Assembly (NCBI RefSeq): GCF_035084215.1
Contig: NC_090337.1
Span: 69,874,001 to 69,938,000, forward strand
Source: Heptranchias perlo
Lineage: Eukaryota
Direction: 5' to 3'
DNA length: 64,000 nucleotides
Positions 1 through 12,479 of this stretch are shown in pieces (within the stretch, counting starts at the first letter, position 1; each line of letters begins with the position of its first letter). The notes beneath the pieces were generated by a model. It searched no databases. It saw only the letters and a list, made by a program, of their open reading frames with translations, and was not told the origin of the DNA. The translations under genes were made by a program, and so were the position numbers.

Positions 1-243
1 TTTGGCGGCTGTGCCTTCAGCTGCCTTGGCCCTGAGCTCTGGAATTCTCTCTCTAAACCTCTCCGCCTCTCTACCTCTCTCTCCTCCTTTAAGACGCTCC
101 GTAAAACCTATCTCTTTGACCCAGCTTTTGGTCACCTGTCCTAATATCTCCTTATGTGGCTCGGTGTCACATTTTGTCTGATAATCGCTCTTGGACGTTT
201 TACTACATTAAAGGAGCTGTATAAATGCAAGTTGCTGTTGTTT
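1..243 (+). mobile_element. L2-type LINE 3' end fragment
   Basis: Encodes a degenerate ORF2 C-terminus (GGCAFSCLGPELWNSL) and ends in ...TATAAATGCAAGTTGCTGTTG. Same tail as the copies at 5139, 49905, 58435 and 60752. Confidence 0.8.
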
Positions 244-386
244 AGTCAGAGCTTCTGCATTAATGTTACTTTCTGCTGAACTGTCTCAAACATTCTTAAA
301 GTGACAACAGTTTGCAGCAGAGGTCGGTGGAGAATCATCAGAGGTTTTTTCCTTCCTTTCCTGGTGGGAAGGACAAAGATTAATTC

Positions 387-877
387 GGTGTCAGCTGTGA
401 CTCAGTGGTCGCACTCTCTTCTTTGATTCAGAAGGGCATGGGTTCAAGTGCCCACTCCAGGGACTTGAATACAAAATCCAGGCTGACACTCCAGTGCAGT
501 ACTGAGGGAGTGCTGCACTGTCAGAGGTGCTGTCTTTCAGATGAGACATTAAACTGAGGCGCCGTCCACCCTCTCAGGTGGATGCAAAAGATCCCATGGT
601 ACTATTCAAAGAGGAGGGGGAATTCTTCCTGGTTTCCTGGTCAATATTTATCCCTCAACCAACATCACTAAAACAGATTACCTGCTCATATTGCTGTTTG
701 TGAGATCTTGCTGTGCACGAATGGGCTGCTGCATTTCTTACATTACGACAGTGATTACACTTCAATAAAAAAAGTACTTCATTTGCTGTGAAGTGTTTTG
801 GGATGTCTTGAAGTTGGGAAAGGCACTATAGAAATACAAGTCTTTCTTTCCTTCTTTCCTTCCTTCCTTCTTTCTTT
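387..877 (+). mobile_element. tRNA-derived Deu-domain SINE (SacSINE1/AmnSINE1-like), near full length
   Basis: tRNA-like head (CTCAGTGG...GGTTCAAGT), central AAAAGATCCCATGG domain, L2-like 3' tail and (CTTT/CCTT)n end. Multiple copies in the window. Confidence 0.8.
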
Positions 878-1559
878 ACCGAATGCTGCTTGTACACAAC
901 AGTACTGGCTGAGATCGGCTGAGCGGGACTGGTCCAATCTTATGCTGATGTTCACAAACAGCTGGAGCATCGCTCTCACTTTCGTGTCTGATAACATCAT
1001 TAGGACAGCGCATCTGAATTGTTAGCTTCCAACTGACACTGCTAGTCGTGGGTTGTGACCTAATTATACATCAGTCCTGAAATAAAGAAATGTCTTGGGA
1101 GGGTGCAGCTCTTAACACAAATACTGAACAATGACAGGCCCTGGAGCTTGGAGCCTTTGGCCCAATTCACACAGCGGCTGGTCCCAGTGCAGCACTTGAC
1201 ATTTCCCGTTCTCTATATCACTCTTTAAAGCATGTTTTCCATGATAAATATTTCAACACCTAACCTGTCATTTTACGATGTGCAGCTTTATGGCAAGTGC
1301 TGTTCCATTTGAGAAGAGCTTGTGTCACCCTGGCAGAATAACATTCAAAAATTAAATCCGGCAGGGGATGAATCGCGACCCAACTTGTCAGCTGCAGGGG
1401 AGTTTAGTGACATTGCTGGACAGTCACATCTCCATCTCTTTGGCTTGTCATTATACAGAGAGCACAGCACAGGGGCTGCGGGCAAATTTAACTTCTCTGT
1501 TCAAGATTTGGACCAGTGCAAGGCACACACAACAACACCAATGGTCATCCATCGACATT

Positions 1560-1650
1560 ACATAGAATTACACAGAACGCACAGCACAAAAACAGGCCAT
1601 TCAGCCCAATCGGTCCATGCCGGTGTTTATGCTGCACACAAGCCTCATCC
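1560..1650 (-). mobile_element. Old CR1-type 3' tail fragment
   Basis: ACAGCAC..AAACAGGCCATTCAGCCCAA motif, similar to 2662-2870 and ~63485-63570. Confidence 0.4.
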
Positions 1651-1920
1651 CACCCCTCTGCACACAACTCATGAACACAAATAAAGTTTGAATGCGTCCG
1701 AAGCAGTGAATTCCTACTCCCTCTCCCTCCCTCTCTCCTCCCCGTCCCACTCAGGAACCTATTGCTAGGAGTGGGCTCCTTCATGCCCTTTGGACATCTG
1801 CCTACATCAGAAACAGAATTAAAATTAGATCTGTATTCCCACCAAACTTTTGTGCCAGCCCCAGTGACTTTTTGCTGGATGCTCAGGGAGGGTTAATGCT
1901 TGGAACTCTGCCGTTTCAGG

Positions 1921-2362
1921 GTAGCAGCCGTGGCTCCGTGCCTCTGAGTCAGAAGGTTTGTGGGTTCAAGGCTCACTCCAGAGATCATAATCCAGGCTGA
2001 TTCTCCAGTGCAGTACTGAGGGAGGGCTGCATTGTCAGAAGTGCTGTCTTTTGGTTGAGATGTTAAACCGAAGCTCCGTCTGCTCTCTCTAGTGGATATA
2101 AAATATCCCATGGTACTATTACGAAGAAAAGCAGGGGAGTTCTCCCCAGGATCCTGGTCAATATCTATCCCTCAACCGACATCATTAAATAAAAATTATG
2201 TGATCATTATCCCATTGCTGTTTGTGGGATCTTGCTGTGCGCAAATTGACAGCTGCGTTTCCTAAATTACAACAGTGACTATACTTCAAAAATACTTAAT
2301 TGGCTGTAAAATGCTTTGGGACATCCTGAGATCGTGAAAGGTGCAAGCTTATCTTTCTTCCT
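1921..2362 (+). mobile_element. Deu-domain tRNA-SINE
   Basis: Colinear similarity to 387-877 (CCAGTGCAGTACTGAGGGAG, TCCCATGGTACTATT, GCTGTTTGTGGGATCTTGCTGTGC). Confidence 0.8.
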
Positions 2363-2661
2363 TTTCCCTGTCAACTTGATTTCAAGAAGGTTGATTTCCT
2401 GTCATTTTCTCCTTGAAGGCACTGATTCTTGCTGGAGTCCAGTTCCACAGGCACTGATAGACAAATTGCACCTCACTGTCCCTCATTTATTGGACTCGAG
2501 AGTGAGTGTAGGCAGGCTGTTTAGCCATAGGGAGCTCTACATCACAGACCCAGGAACTCCCTGGCCTGTATGGCTTCGTGTTACGCTGGACAATTTCATC
2601 ACTTTTTTCATAAAGAAAGAAAACAGCAGAGTCTGGGAAACAGGATGGTGAGACGTAGAGT

Positions 2662-2870
2662 TACATGGAATATGCAGCATGGAAACAGGCCATTCGGCCC
2701 AACTGGCCAGTGCCAGTGTTTATACTCCACACTAGCCTCCTCCCAATAATGATCTCTTCCCACACTGCCCCCCGTATCCATCTATTCTTTTCTTCCTCAT
2801 GTACGCATCGAGCCTCCCCTTAAATCCTATCTGCTTCAACCACTCCATATGGCAGTGAATTCCATATTCC
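2662..2870 (-). mobile_element. Old CR1-type 3' fragment
   Basis: The minus strand translates to CR1 ORF2 end-like FKGRLDAYM; the tail motif GGAAACAGGCCATTCGGCCC is present. Confidence 0.5.
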
Positions 2871-3798
2871 CAAGACATATGGTTTGGCAGTCTGTAGCTC
2901 TCCTCCCCAACACTGTTAAATATGTACAACAAACATTCCTCTAACCTAAATATAATATAAAACTAGAAAAAGCGATGAAGGAAACGACATAATTTGCTCC
3001 GCTGGTTCTGTTGATTAGGGGAGTGGGTAGCTGAGATAAAGAGGCCAGGTTAGATTCGTAGACGGTGGTGATTTAACCAGCTGGCACAGCGATGCCACAA
3101 CCTTGGATTAGGGAGTGGAAAGCAGAGCTCTCACTTCAGATTACTATCTCTCTCACTTTGCCCTTCTCTGCTCTGTGTCCTTCACTCCTGCTCATGCAGC
3201 CACCGTTGAAGATATCCACAAGTGGATAATACCACATGTCTCACGGTTCTGCGACCAGAGAAAAGGTGTCAGGTTCCGGAAAAAACCCTAATTGCAAGTA
3301 AATCACCGATGATCAAACCCATTCATGGGGAATCACTTGTATGTTGGGACAATCAATTCCTTGATCCAGGAATAAAGCCCGTGGGGTAAGTGAATTCTGG
3401 GCCGGTGCCTCCTCAGCCCTACCAAACCCAAAATGATGGTTCTGCCAAGGGCAGTCGAAAAGCTTCCCCTTGTGCAATTGGTTGTTTAAAAAGAGAGAGG
3501 ACGTGACCGGCTATGTGACTGGTGATAGAATCACAACATAAGTTGGCTCATCGCCAATAATTGTTGTTTTCGTATCTTCCCTAGAACGCTGTGAAGTAGT
3601 GGAGGGATTTAACAGTCTGTCACGTGAACACACCTCCCATGGCAGTAACCATCTTTATACCAGCAGATAGGGGGTTAGTCCTATATGAGGGGAAGGTTTT
3701 ATGGGCCCCAATAAACCATACAATGAGGGGGGACCACCCACATCCACCAGACTTGACAATCCTACTGGATGTTAACCCAGAATTCGGAGCCAGAGCTC

Positions 3799-4050
3799 CG
3801 GTCTCCACCCACTGGAACTGTCTGGACCCCTGGTCTCCACTTGCCGGGACTGTCTGTATCTCTGGTCTCCATCCATCGGAACTGTCTGGAGCTTCGGTCT
3901 CCACTCGCTGGGACTGTCTGGAGTTTCGGTCTCCACTCTCCGGGATTGTCTGGATCTCTGGTCTCCACTTTCTGGGACTGTCTGGACCCCTGGTCTCCAC
4001 TCACTGGGACTGTTTGGAGCTCTGGTCTTCACTTGCCGGGACAGTCTGGA
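3799..4050. repeat. 32-bp minisatellite, ~8 diverged copies (GGTCTCCACTCGCTGGGACTGTCTGGAGCTTC-like)
   Basis: GGTCTCCA recurs at 32-bp intervals from 3800 (3800, 3832, 3864, ...). Confidence 0.9.
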
Positions 4051-4115
4051 GTGGGGTTCAAACCCTGTACCTTCTGACTCAGGGTTGGGAATGTTACCAC
4101 TGAGCCAAAGGCTCA
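4045..4115 (-). mobile_element. SINE tRNA-like head fragment
   Basis: Reverse complement of the SINE 5' end (CTGGAGTGGGGTTCAAACCC...CCTTCTGACTCAG...ACCACTGAGCC). Confidence 0.6.
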
Positions 4116-5138
4116 TTCCATCACCAATTGTAACGAGATTGTAAAAAGCAACAGAAAGGCCTCACTGCTTCAGAAATTGAGGATAATTGTGACCTAGACC
4201 AAAAAGAAATCTGTTTTTCTCCAAGTAAATATCAACGTGTGTCCTTGAAGCAATAAGTGCAGTATTTAATCAGTTCCTACCAAAAGAAAATCAATAATAC
4301 CTCAGCGCTCTCAGCAATAAAAAGCCTGAATTAATTTCTGAGGACTATTCCCTGTTGACTGTAACCAGCAGTCAGCACCAGAATGGAACACTTGCTGTAT
4401 ACAGTGATTTGGGGATTAGTGATTGGTCCCGAGGTGCAGCACAGAGCAGAGGGGATAGCAAATGGTGTAATCTGCATAAACATGTTTCTGTATTAGGAGG
4501 CTAAATTGCACAGCTTGAGAATTTGTGCCATGGCTATTCCCAGGGCCCTGCTGCTGCTATTAGATAAGTCAGATCTTCAGAAAGCACCAAGGTAAGAGCC
4601 TTATTTTTTCGCTCCTCTCTCTGACTGCAGTACCTGCTGGATTGGGAATCTAAACGCACATCTCCCACTTGAAATGGGGGAGGGCAGAGATTACAACGCA
4701 TCAACCAAAGTCCTTTCCACACTGATGGGGCTCAACATTGAAATAGCGACAAGTGGAGTAAAAGTTGTGATGCGAGAGTGTGGGGGAAGGGGAGACCCCG
4801 CATATCACAAGCTAAAGAGAGGTGAGGTATCCGGTGCAGAGATCTGAATTCTCAAAACACCTGACAGAAAACACATCCTCACTCACCAAACGTGCCGACA
4901 GCATCAAATTTCTGCTACAGTTTCGTTGAACTGTGGTGAATTTGCGGTTACTAAGCATCGAGAGGAGGTGTGGCCTTGGGGCTGAGTTGGCCGCTGCACC
5001 ATGACGTAGGCAGCACGTAGGTTTGACTTCTCTTTGGCCCCACGCGAGCGAGAGACTGACCTCGTGACAGCGACCCCGTCCCGCCAGCCTACGCGGGAGC
5101 TTCACGAGAATATACTCGCCGCGCAACATGAATTCAAC

Positions 5139-5513
5139 CTCATGTTTAAATCCCTCCAAGGCCTCGCCCCTCCCGATCTCTGTAACCTCCTCCAGCCCTA
5201 CAACCCTCCGAGATCTCTGTGCTCCTCCAATTCTGGCCTCTTGTACATCCCCGATTTCCTTCACTCCACCATTGGCGGCCGCATCTTAAGCTGCTTAGGC
5301 TCTAAGCTCTGGAATTCCCTCCCTAAACCTCACTATCTCCCTCCTCCTTTAAGGCGCTCCTTTAAACCTACCTCTTGGACCAAGCTTTTGGTCACCTGTC
5401 CTAATATCTCTTCATGTGGCTCGGTGTCAAATTTTGTCTGATAACGGTCCTGTGAAGCGCCTTGGGACATTTCACTACTTTAAAGGCGCTTTGTGAATGC
5501 AAGTTGTTGCTGT
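5139..5513 (+). mobile_element. L2-type LINE 3' fragment
   Basis: Translates to MFKSLQGLAPPDLCNLLQPYNPPRSL...KLWNSLP, then the L2 tail ending GCAAGTTGTTGCTG. Confidence 0.85.
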
Positions 5514-6310
5514 TCAAAATGGGGAAGGATAGACTGCAAGCAGTAGTCAGAGCAGTACACGATAGATGGGTCTGCAAACGTAAAGCAACCTCACCCCCAG
5601 GAACTAGCCGGCAAGGTCAGCTCAGAAAACAAACCTTGCTTCCCCATTGGAAAATAACCAGGATGCACAGCCTGAAGTGGATTCCACAGCTCTGGCTGCA
5701 GAATGCTGCCACCAGCTCCTGGGAGCCCATTCTCTTCTTCTGCATTCCTCCCTCGTCCCTTTCCCCATTCCCCATTCCCTTGGGTTTTCTTTGCATCACT
5801 AACTGCCTGGGAGCAGGTTTACATTTGAAACGAAGCACATTCCCCTTGAAAGCATTCATTACTGGAATGTATTATAATTCACTTGATTGTATAAGTAGGG
5901 CCCATTATTCAAAGTGCTTATTAAATTCTTTTCAAGAAATGAAAAAAAAAGGCAGCAGCACCAAGAGTTTGATCAGGATTTAAGAGTCACAGTTCCTCTT
6001 CCGTTAACTCTTTGATTGCTGAAAAACATTCCCAGTTTGAATGAAACGGTCGGCCCTCCTCAGGACCTACTATACTTGATCCAAAATGATTTTAAACACT
6101 AGACAATGTCCTGTGGTGTGATGCACGGGAATCAGGACAATGTGTAATGCGGATTCTTCAGCTCAAGTTTGATTCTCAGTGTGTGGTGAGATGGTTAATC
6201 CTGGCTGGGGAACTCAACAATTGTCCTCAGTGCCCCTGGGCTAGAGAATCAATGAGGCTTCTTACTCCTGATCTCTCCCTAGGAATTCCACCTGTAGGCT
6301 TCACAGGAGA

Positions 6311-6346
6311 GGGTCAGGGTCAGGGTCAGCGTCAGGGTCAGGGTCA
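6311..6346 (+). repeat. (GGGTCA)6 hexamer repeat, one unit GCGTCA
   Basis: Read directly from the sequence. Confidence 0.9.
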
Positions 6347-6859
6347 AGCTCAGCCATAGGCCTCGGCCTCCTGGATTGAATAGGCTCCAAGATTTACTGC
6401 CTGGGCTTACAGATGAAGAGTGACCACTTCAGTGAGATTCTGGTGGGTAACTTGCCCTCAGACCCCAACCCTAGGAGTGGGAGATGGACAACAGGGAAAT
6501 TCAATAAAAGTGAAATTTCACAGGGAATAAATTGGGATTTATCTTAAGGCAGGATTACATCATACCCCATAGCATTTTGGGAACACTGGGAAGTCTCTAT
6601 GCACTTCCTATCAATTTCCCATTATAAATTCCTATGTAAACTTGTCACACTGTAATTATACCCTCCCTCCCAGAGAAGACCCCGCAGTGCCATCACTGGC
6701 AGGAGGCTGTAATTACATATGAAAAGTCTGTTGGCAGTTTCCATGATGAAATGCGGATGTAGGAATTTATAATTGAAATATTAAAATAAGGACAAATAGT
6801 ATGACTTTGGGAGGAAATCCTGCACAGTTCATTGTGATTCTGAAGTAGCCAAAATTAGA

Positions 6860-7120
6860 GATAGCCAGTTCAAGGGTAATGTCAGGAAGCATTTCTTCAC
6901 ACAGAAGTTAGTGGAAATCTGGAACTCTCTCCCCAGAAAGCTGTTGATGCTGAGGGTCAATTGAAAATTTCAAAACTGAGATTGATAGATTTTTTTCGAC
7001 ATTATGGAACCAAGGCGGGTAGATGGAGTTAAGATACAGATCAACCATGATCTAATTGAATGGCGGAATAGTGTTGAGGGGCTGAATGGCCTCCTCCTGT
7101 TGCTATGTACCTATGTTCCT
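6860..7120 (+). mobile_element. CR1 LINE 3' fragment
   Basis: RKHFFTQ...IWNSLP-like ORF2 end, 3' UTR hairpin region and CTATGT-like terminal repeat. Similar to 61620-61985. Confidence 0.8.
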
Positions 7121-8489
7121 AGCTGAAAGAAAATAAAAAGCACATAACCCACAGCGACAGTGTGAAGTCATGGCGATGTCATCACCACATACCAAGTCAA
7201 GAAAACTCTGAGAAAAAGAACAGAAATGGACAAAAAAAGATGTAATTTTTTTCTGCTCAATCGTGATAGGGATTTCTCCCTTGAAAAGTGCCGACCTCTC
7301 TGATAAAAGGCTCCTCGGGGGTATCTTGCTCTTAGTGGATGGTAATCAGCCTCTTTAATTCCCTAAAGTAAACTGCATCCCTGCCGTACGTGTAGATTTA
7401 TTAGACACGGGAGGGACAAGCTTTTAAAGCTGTTTTGCTGCTAAACCCACCCTGTTAATACAGTCATAACATTCAGCGTAAAGTGCACGGATATCTACTA
7501 AATTACTACACGCAAGAAAACCAAAGGGAAATGAGAGGGGGAGACTAAGCTCATTCAGACAACCTCAAAGACAAACAATCTGAATGCCTAACAAAAACTA
7601 AAATCAGGAGAGAGAATGAAAATAAATCGTAGTATTTATCCAAAACATAAAGATTTATCCAAAAGAAGTCTGCTCCCCATTTTATTCTCAAATATTAAGG
7701 TTTCCTTAACAGAAGATGTAATGCTATTACAGCCCATTGTGCTGAAAATGTTCATCTCTTCATTTTTATTGAAGTTATTTTCGGAGTCCGACCCTGTCAC
7801 ACTTATTTGTCTAGTCATCTCTCATGCTCTCATTGTCATGGTGCTCAAGGAGTACTCTGTTTAGCAGTAAGGCCCTTCTCTTCCTCTCACTCCCTCAATT
7901 ACCAGTCAATTCCCCACATTGACGGGACATTGCAGAACCAGGGACTTCACTGACAGATGGCCTTTCCTTCCCTCGGTTTCCCCCTGACACTGTGGTCAAA
8001 CAGAAGAATCATATTACTCGGGGCTCCTGGCTGCAGATGAAGCCTCCCTCTGCACCAGTAGAATCTGGAAGCAGTTTCACCGAATCACTTTGTCCTGACA
8101 CGCAAATTTCATCTTTAAAAAGTTTTTTTGGGCATCAGTGCAAGTCGATGCAGTTGGACACTGATTGTGTGATTAAAAGATTGTTAATAAAACAGATGAC
8201 AATTATCTGCGTGTCAAGCCAGCAAGTAGGGGGTCCGGTGATCAGTTTTCGACATTTACCTTATGAAGCTGATCCGGTTATTTGGGACCCAGTGACAGAC
8301 GATTGCTGGCACCACTGTGGTGGAATTCCAGTGCTGGTGGGTGGCTTTAGACGTGAATGATGACAGGCCAGGGATCTAATGGAGAGATTTTGATGCTTTA
8401 TATACGGCCAAATGGATTATTTGGGGTGATTATACAGCGCAATAACTAACTGAGATGGTGAAGACCAACACCAGAAACAAGAGCACCTT

Positions 8490-11140
8490 AAGAACATAAG
8501 AACATAAGAAATAGGAGCAGGAGTAGGCCATACGGCCCCTCGAGACTGCTCCGCCATTTAATCAGATCATGGCTGATCTTTGACCTCAACTCCACTTTCC
8601 CGCCCAATGTCCATATCCCTTGATTCCCTTAGAGTCAAAAAATCTTATCAATTTCAGCCTTGTTTCTGCTCAATGACTGAACATCCACAGCCCTCTGGGG
8701 TAGAGAATTCCAAAAATTCACAACACTCGAAGCGAAGAAATTCCTCCTCATCTCAGTCCTAAATGGCCGACCCCTCGTCCTGAAACTACAATCCCTAGTT
8801 CTAGACTCTCCAGCCTTAGGAAACAGCCTCTCAGCATCTACCCTGTCAGGCCCTCTCACAATCTTATATGTTTCAATGAGATCACCTCTGATTCTTCTAA
8901 ACTCCATTGAGTATAGGCCCATTCTACTCAATCTCTCCTCATCCTAGTGAACCTTCATTACACTGCCTCTAAGGCAAGTATATCCTTCCTTATGTAAGGA
9001 GACCAAAACTGTACTACAGGTGTGGTCTCACCAAAGCCCTGTACAATTGCAGCAAGACTTCCTTACTCTTGTACTCCAACCCCCTTGCAATAAAGGCCAA
9101 CATACCATTAGCCTTCCCAATTGTTTGCTGTACCTGTATGTTAACTTTCTGTGTTTCGTGGATAATGACACCCAAATTTCTCTGAATACTAACATTGAAT
9201 AGTTTCTCACTATTTAAAAATATTCTGTTTTTCTATTCTTCCTATATCCTAACCTCACATTTCCCCACATTATATTCCATCTGCCACTTTCTTGCCCACT
9301 CACTTATCCTGTCGATATCCCTCTGCAGACTCTTTGTGCCCTCCACACAGCTTACTTTCCCACCTGGCTTTGTATCGTCAGCAAACTTGAATACATTACT
9401 TTTGGTCCCTTCATCTAAGTCATTAATATAGATTGTAAATAGCTGAGGCCCAAGCACTGATCCTTGCAGCACCCCACTGGTTACAGCCTACCAATCTGAA
9501 AATGACCCGTTTATTCCTACTCTCTGTTTTCTGTCCATTAACCAATAATAACCTTTTGTGTGGCACCTGATCAAATATCTTTTCAAATTCCAAATATACT
9601 ACATCCACTGGTTCCCCTTTATCTACCCAGCTAGTTACATCCTCAAAAAACTCCGGTAGATTTGTCAAAGACGATTTCCCTTTGATAAAACCATGTTGAC
9701 TCTGCCTAATCATATTATGATTTTCTAAGTGCCCTGTTACTACATCCTTAATAATGGATTCCAGCATTTTCCCTAATACTGATGTCAGGCTAACTGGCCT
9801 GTAGTTCCCTTTTTTCTCTCTCCCTCCTTTCTTGAATAGTGAGGTTACATTTGCTACCTTCCAATCCACTGAGACCATTCTAGAATCTAGGGAATTCTGG
9901 AAGATCAAAACCAATGCATCCACTATCTCTGCAGCCACCTCTTTTAGAACCCTTGGATGTAGGTCATCAGATCCAGGGGATTTGTCGGCTTTCAGTCCCA
10001 TTAATTTTTCCAGTACTTTTCTCTACTGATATTAATTACTTTAAGTTCCTCACTCTTGTTAGACCCTTGGCTCCCCACTATTTCTGGTATTTTTTTGTGT
10101 CTTCTACTGTGAAGACAGATAAAAAATATTTGTTTAACATTTCTGCCATTTCCTTATTCCCCATTATAATTTCTCCCGTCTCAGCTCCTAAGGGACTCAC
10201 GTTTACTTTCTCTTGCTTTTTACATATATCTAGAAGCTTTTCCAATCTGTTTTTATATTTCTTGCTCGTTTACTCTCATTTTATTTTCTCCCTCTTTATC
10301 AATTTTTTAGTCATCCTTTGCAGGTTTCTAAAACTTTCCTAATCCTCAGGCTGACCACTCTTCTTGGCAACATTACAAGTCTCTTATTTTAATCGAATAC
10401 TATTTTTAACTTCTTTAGTTAGTCATGGATCACTTTTCCCGTGCAGTTTTTATTCCTCAATGGAATGTATATTCGTTGAGAATTATGAAATATTTCTTTA
10501 AATATTCACCATTGCTTCTCTACCATCATATCTTTTAATCTAATTTCCCAATCAACCTTAGCCAACTCGCCCCTCATACCTATGTAATTGTTGTTGTTTA
10601 AGTTTAAGATTCTAGTTTCAGACCTAAGTACATCACTCTTGAACTCAATTTGAAATTCTATATTATGATCACTCTTCCCCAGAGGATCCTTTATGAGATT
10701 ACTAATTAACCCTGTCTCATTACACAATACCAGATCTAAAATAGCCTGTTCCCTGGTTGGTTCCATTATGTATTGTTCGAGGAAACTGTCTTGAATAAAT
10801 TCCATGAACTCGTCCTCCAAACGACCTTTGCCAATTTGATTTGCCCAGTCTATATGAAGATTAAAGTCCCCCACGATTATTGCATTACCTTTGTTACAAG
10901 TTCCTCTTATTTCTTGATAACTACTCTATCCAACCATATAACTATTGTTAGGGGGCCTATAAACTGCTCCCACCAGTGATTTCTGCCCCTTGTTATTTCT
11001 TATTTCTACCCAGACTGATTCTACTTCCTGATCCTCTGAGCTAAGATCCTTTCTCACCACTGTCCTTATGTCGTCCTTTATTATCAGGGCTACCACCTGC
11101 CCCCACCCCGCCTTTTCCATTTTGTCTATCTTTTCGAAAA
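8490..11140 (-). mobile_element. CR1 LINE, 5'-truncated, decayed ORF2 (APE endonuclease plus reverse transcriptase)
   Basis: EN motifs (VYRPPN, MGDFN, LDLVLCN, SDHN) and RT motifs (NYRPVSLTS, QHGF, QGSVLGP, FADDTK) are split across frameshifted ORFs. (TTCTTATG)n tail at ~8490-8510. Small internal deletions near 8940 and 9545. Confidence 0.95.
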
Positions 11141-11614
11141 ACACACCTCCTAAATACTGAGATGGAATTACAGCTCTATGAGATGATGCCACAGAGGCTG
11201 CATTGGATTCTGGGCTTTTCTTTTGAAAGGTAATTCTGTCTGTAAGTCGGCTGAGTGTCATTGATGGTTCATCAAGAAAATATGAGGGGCTGAATAGCTG
11301 GAAATTCTACTGCCCCACATACATCACAAATAAAATAATTATTATAAAAATTAAATTCAATCAGCAAAATATCAGCAAATTCAATCAAAGGATTATTGAG
11401 TCGGGAAGTATTTTATCCCCATTGGTTCCATGTATTTGTGCCACATTTCTCTGAGTTAACATCACTCTTAGTACTGGCCAAACCACGCAACATCAAAGAT
11501 ATAATCACTGCTCAGATGAAGAACTCCAGAGGCAGGGTTTGGGTGTAGAGACACAGTGAACGAGACCATCCCTTCCAACACAGGGTCACCTGAACAGACT
11601 CTCAAGCACGAGAA

Positions 11615-11765
11615 AGATAGGGGCAGGAGTAGGCAATCCAGCCATTCAGCCTCTTCCATCATTCAATTAAATCATGGCTGATCTGTACCTCAACTCCGTT
11701 TACTCACCTTTGCTCCATATCCCTTGACACCCTGACCCAACAAAAATCGATCGATCTGATATTAA
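11615..11765 (-). mobile_element. CR1 3' tail fragment
   Basis: GCAGGAGTAGGC...ATCATGGCTGATCT...CCTCAACTCC, as in the tail of the 8490 element. Confidence 0.65.
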
Positions 11766-12479
11766 AAAAAATGGGCCCCAGAATTTCCTCGGGCATTTTG
11801 CAATATTTGTTTTTTCTCTCAATAGATTAAGATCTGGTTGAGATCGCCTTTAAAACTAATATCCCTGGCAGAGTATTGATGTTTACAGAGGTCAGTCCCC
11901 CTCACAGAAATGTTTCATAACTACTGATGTAGGCTGCATACTCAGGTTTACAATTCAGTCAGAGTTGGTCTGAAGATGTGATCAGTGTACTGTATTTTAT
12001 GCACTTGAATTTTATTATTATTGTCTCCTTATCTTCAGCCACTGCACTCAAGTATTGCGTGTCAGATCAGCAGACAACAACCAGACAGGGCTCGATGATA
12101 AAACATTACTCTACACCATTACCTTAACGCCTCCCTCGTGAATCGTCGTGCAAACACGAGTGAAACAATTCCCTGAGTGTAGCAACGTCACAACCTCAAC
12201 ACACTCAAGTGAACCACGAAGGCAGAGGGCGTGGGGTTACTGAGGAATTAAAGAGAAGGGCATTCGTTAAACCAGAAAGGGACAAAAAGTGAGGCTTACA
12301 AAAAAAGAAACCAAGGAAAATAGGATAGGAAATAAAGTAAAGTCAGCAGAAAATAAATTTTAAACTTTACTCAACAAGAAAGATAATTACTTGGAGTAAT
12401 CTGTTATAGTCGTGGAGGCAAAAAAAAACAGGCTCTTCCAAAATGCAGGAGGACACTTCAATGAGTAGGAGCAAGCCTT

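Noticed and set aside
387-470. tRNA genes at SINE heads
   Set aside because: The A/B-box-like sequence continues into SINE bodies, and no complete cloverleaf was seen.
4980-5138. Short CpG-rich patch as a promoter or CpG island
   Set aside because: Only ~150 bp, directly abutting an L2 fragment, with no associated exon. More likely a transposon remnant.
11468-11662. Peptide ...HPNPASG resembling the end of EphB1 exon 2
   Set aside because: It lies downstream of exon 3 on the minus strand, lacks the preceding LMDT..ATAELGW motif, and the ORF starts in a CR1 tail. Coincidence.
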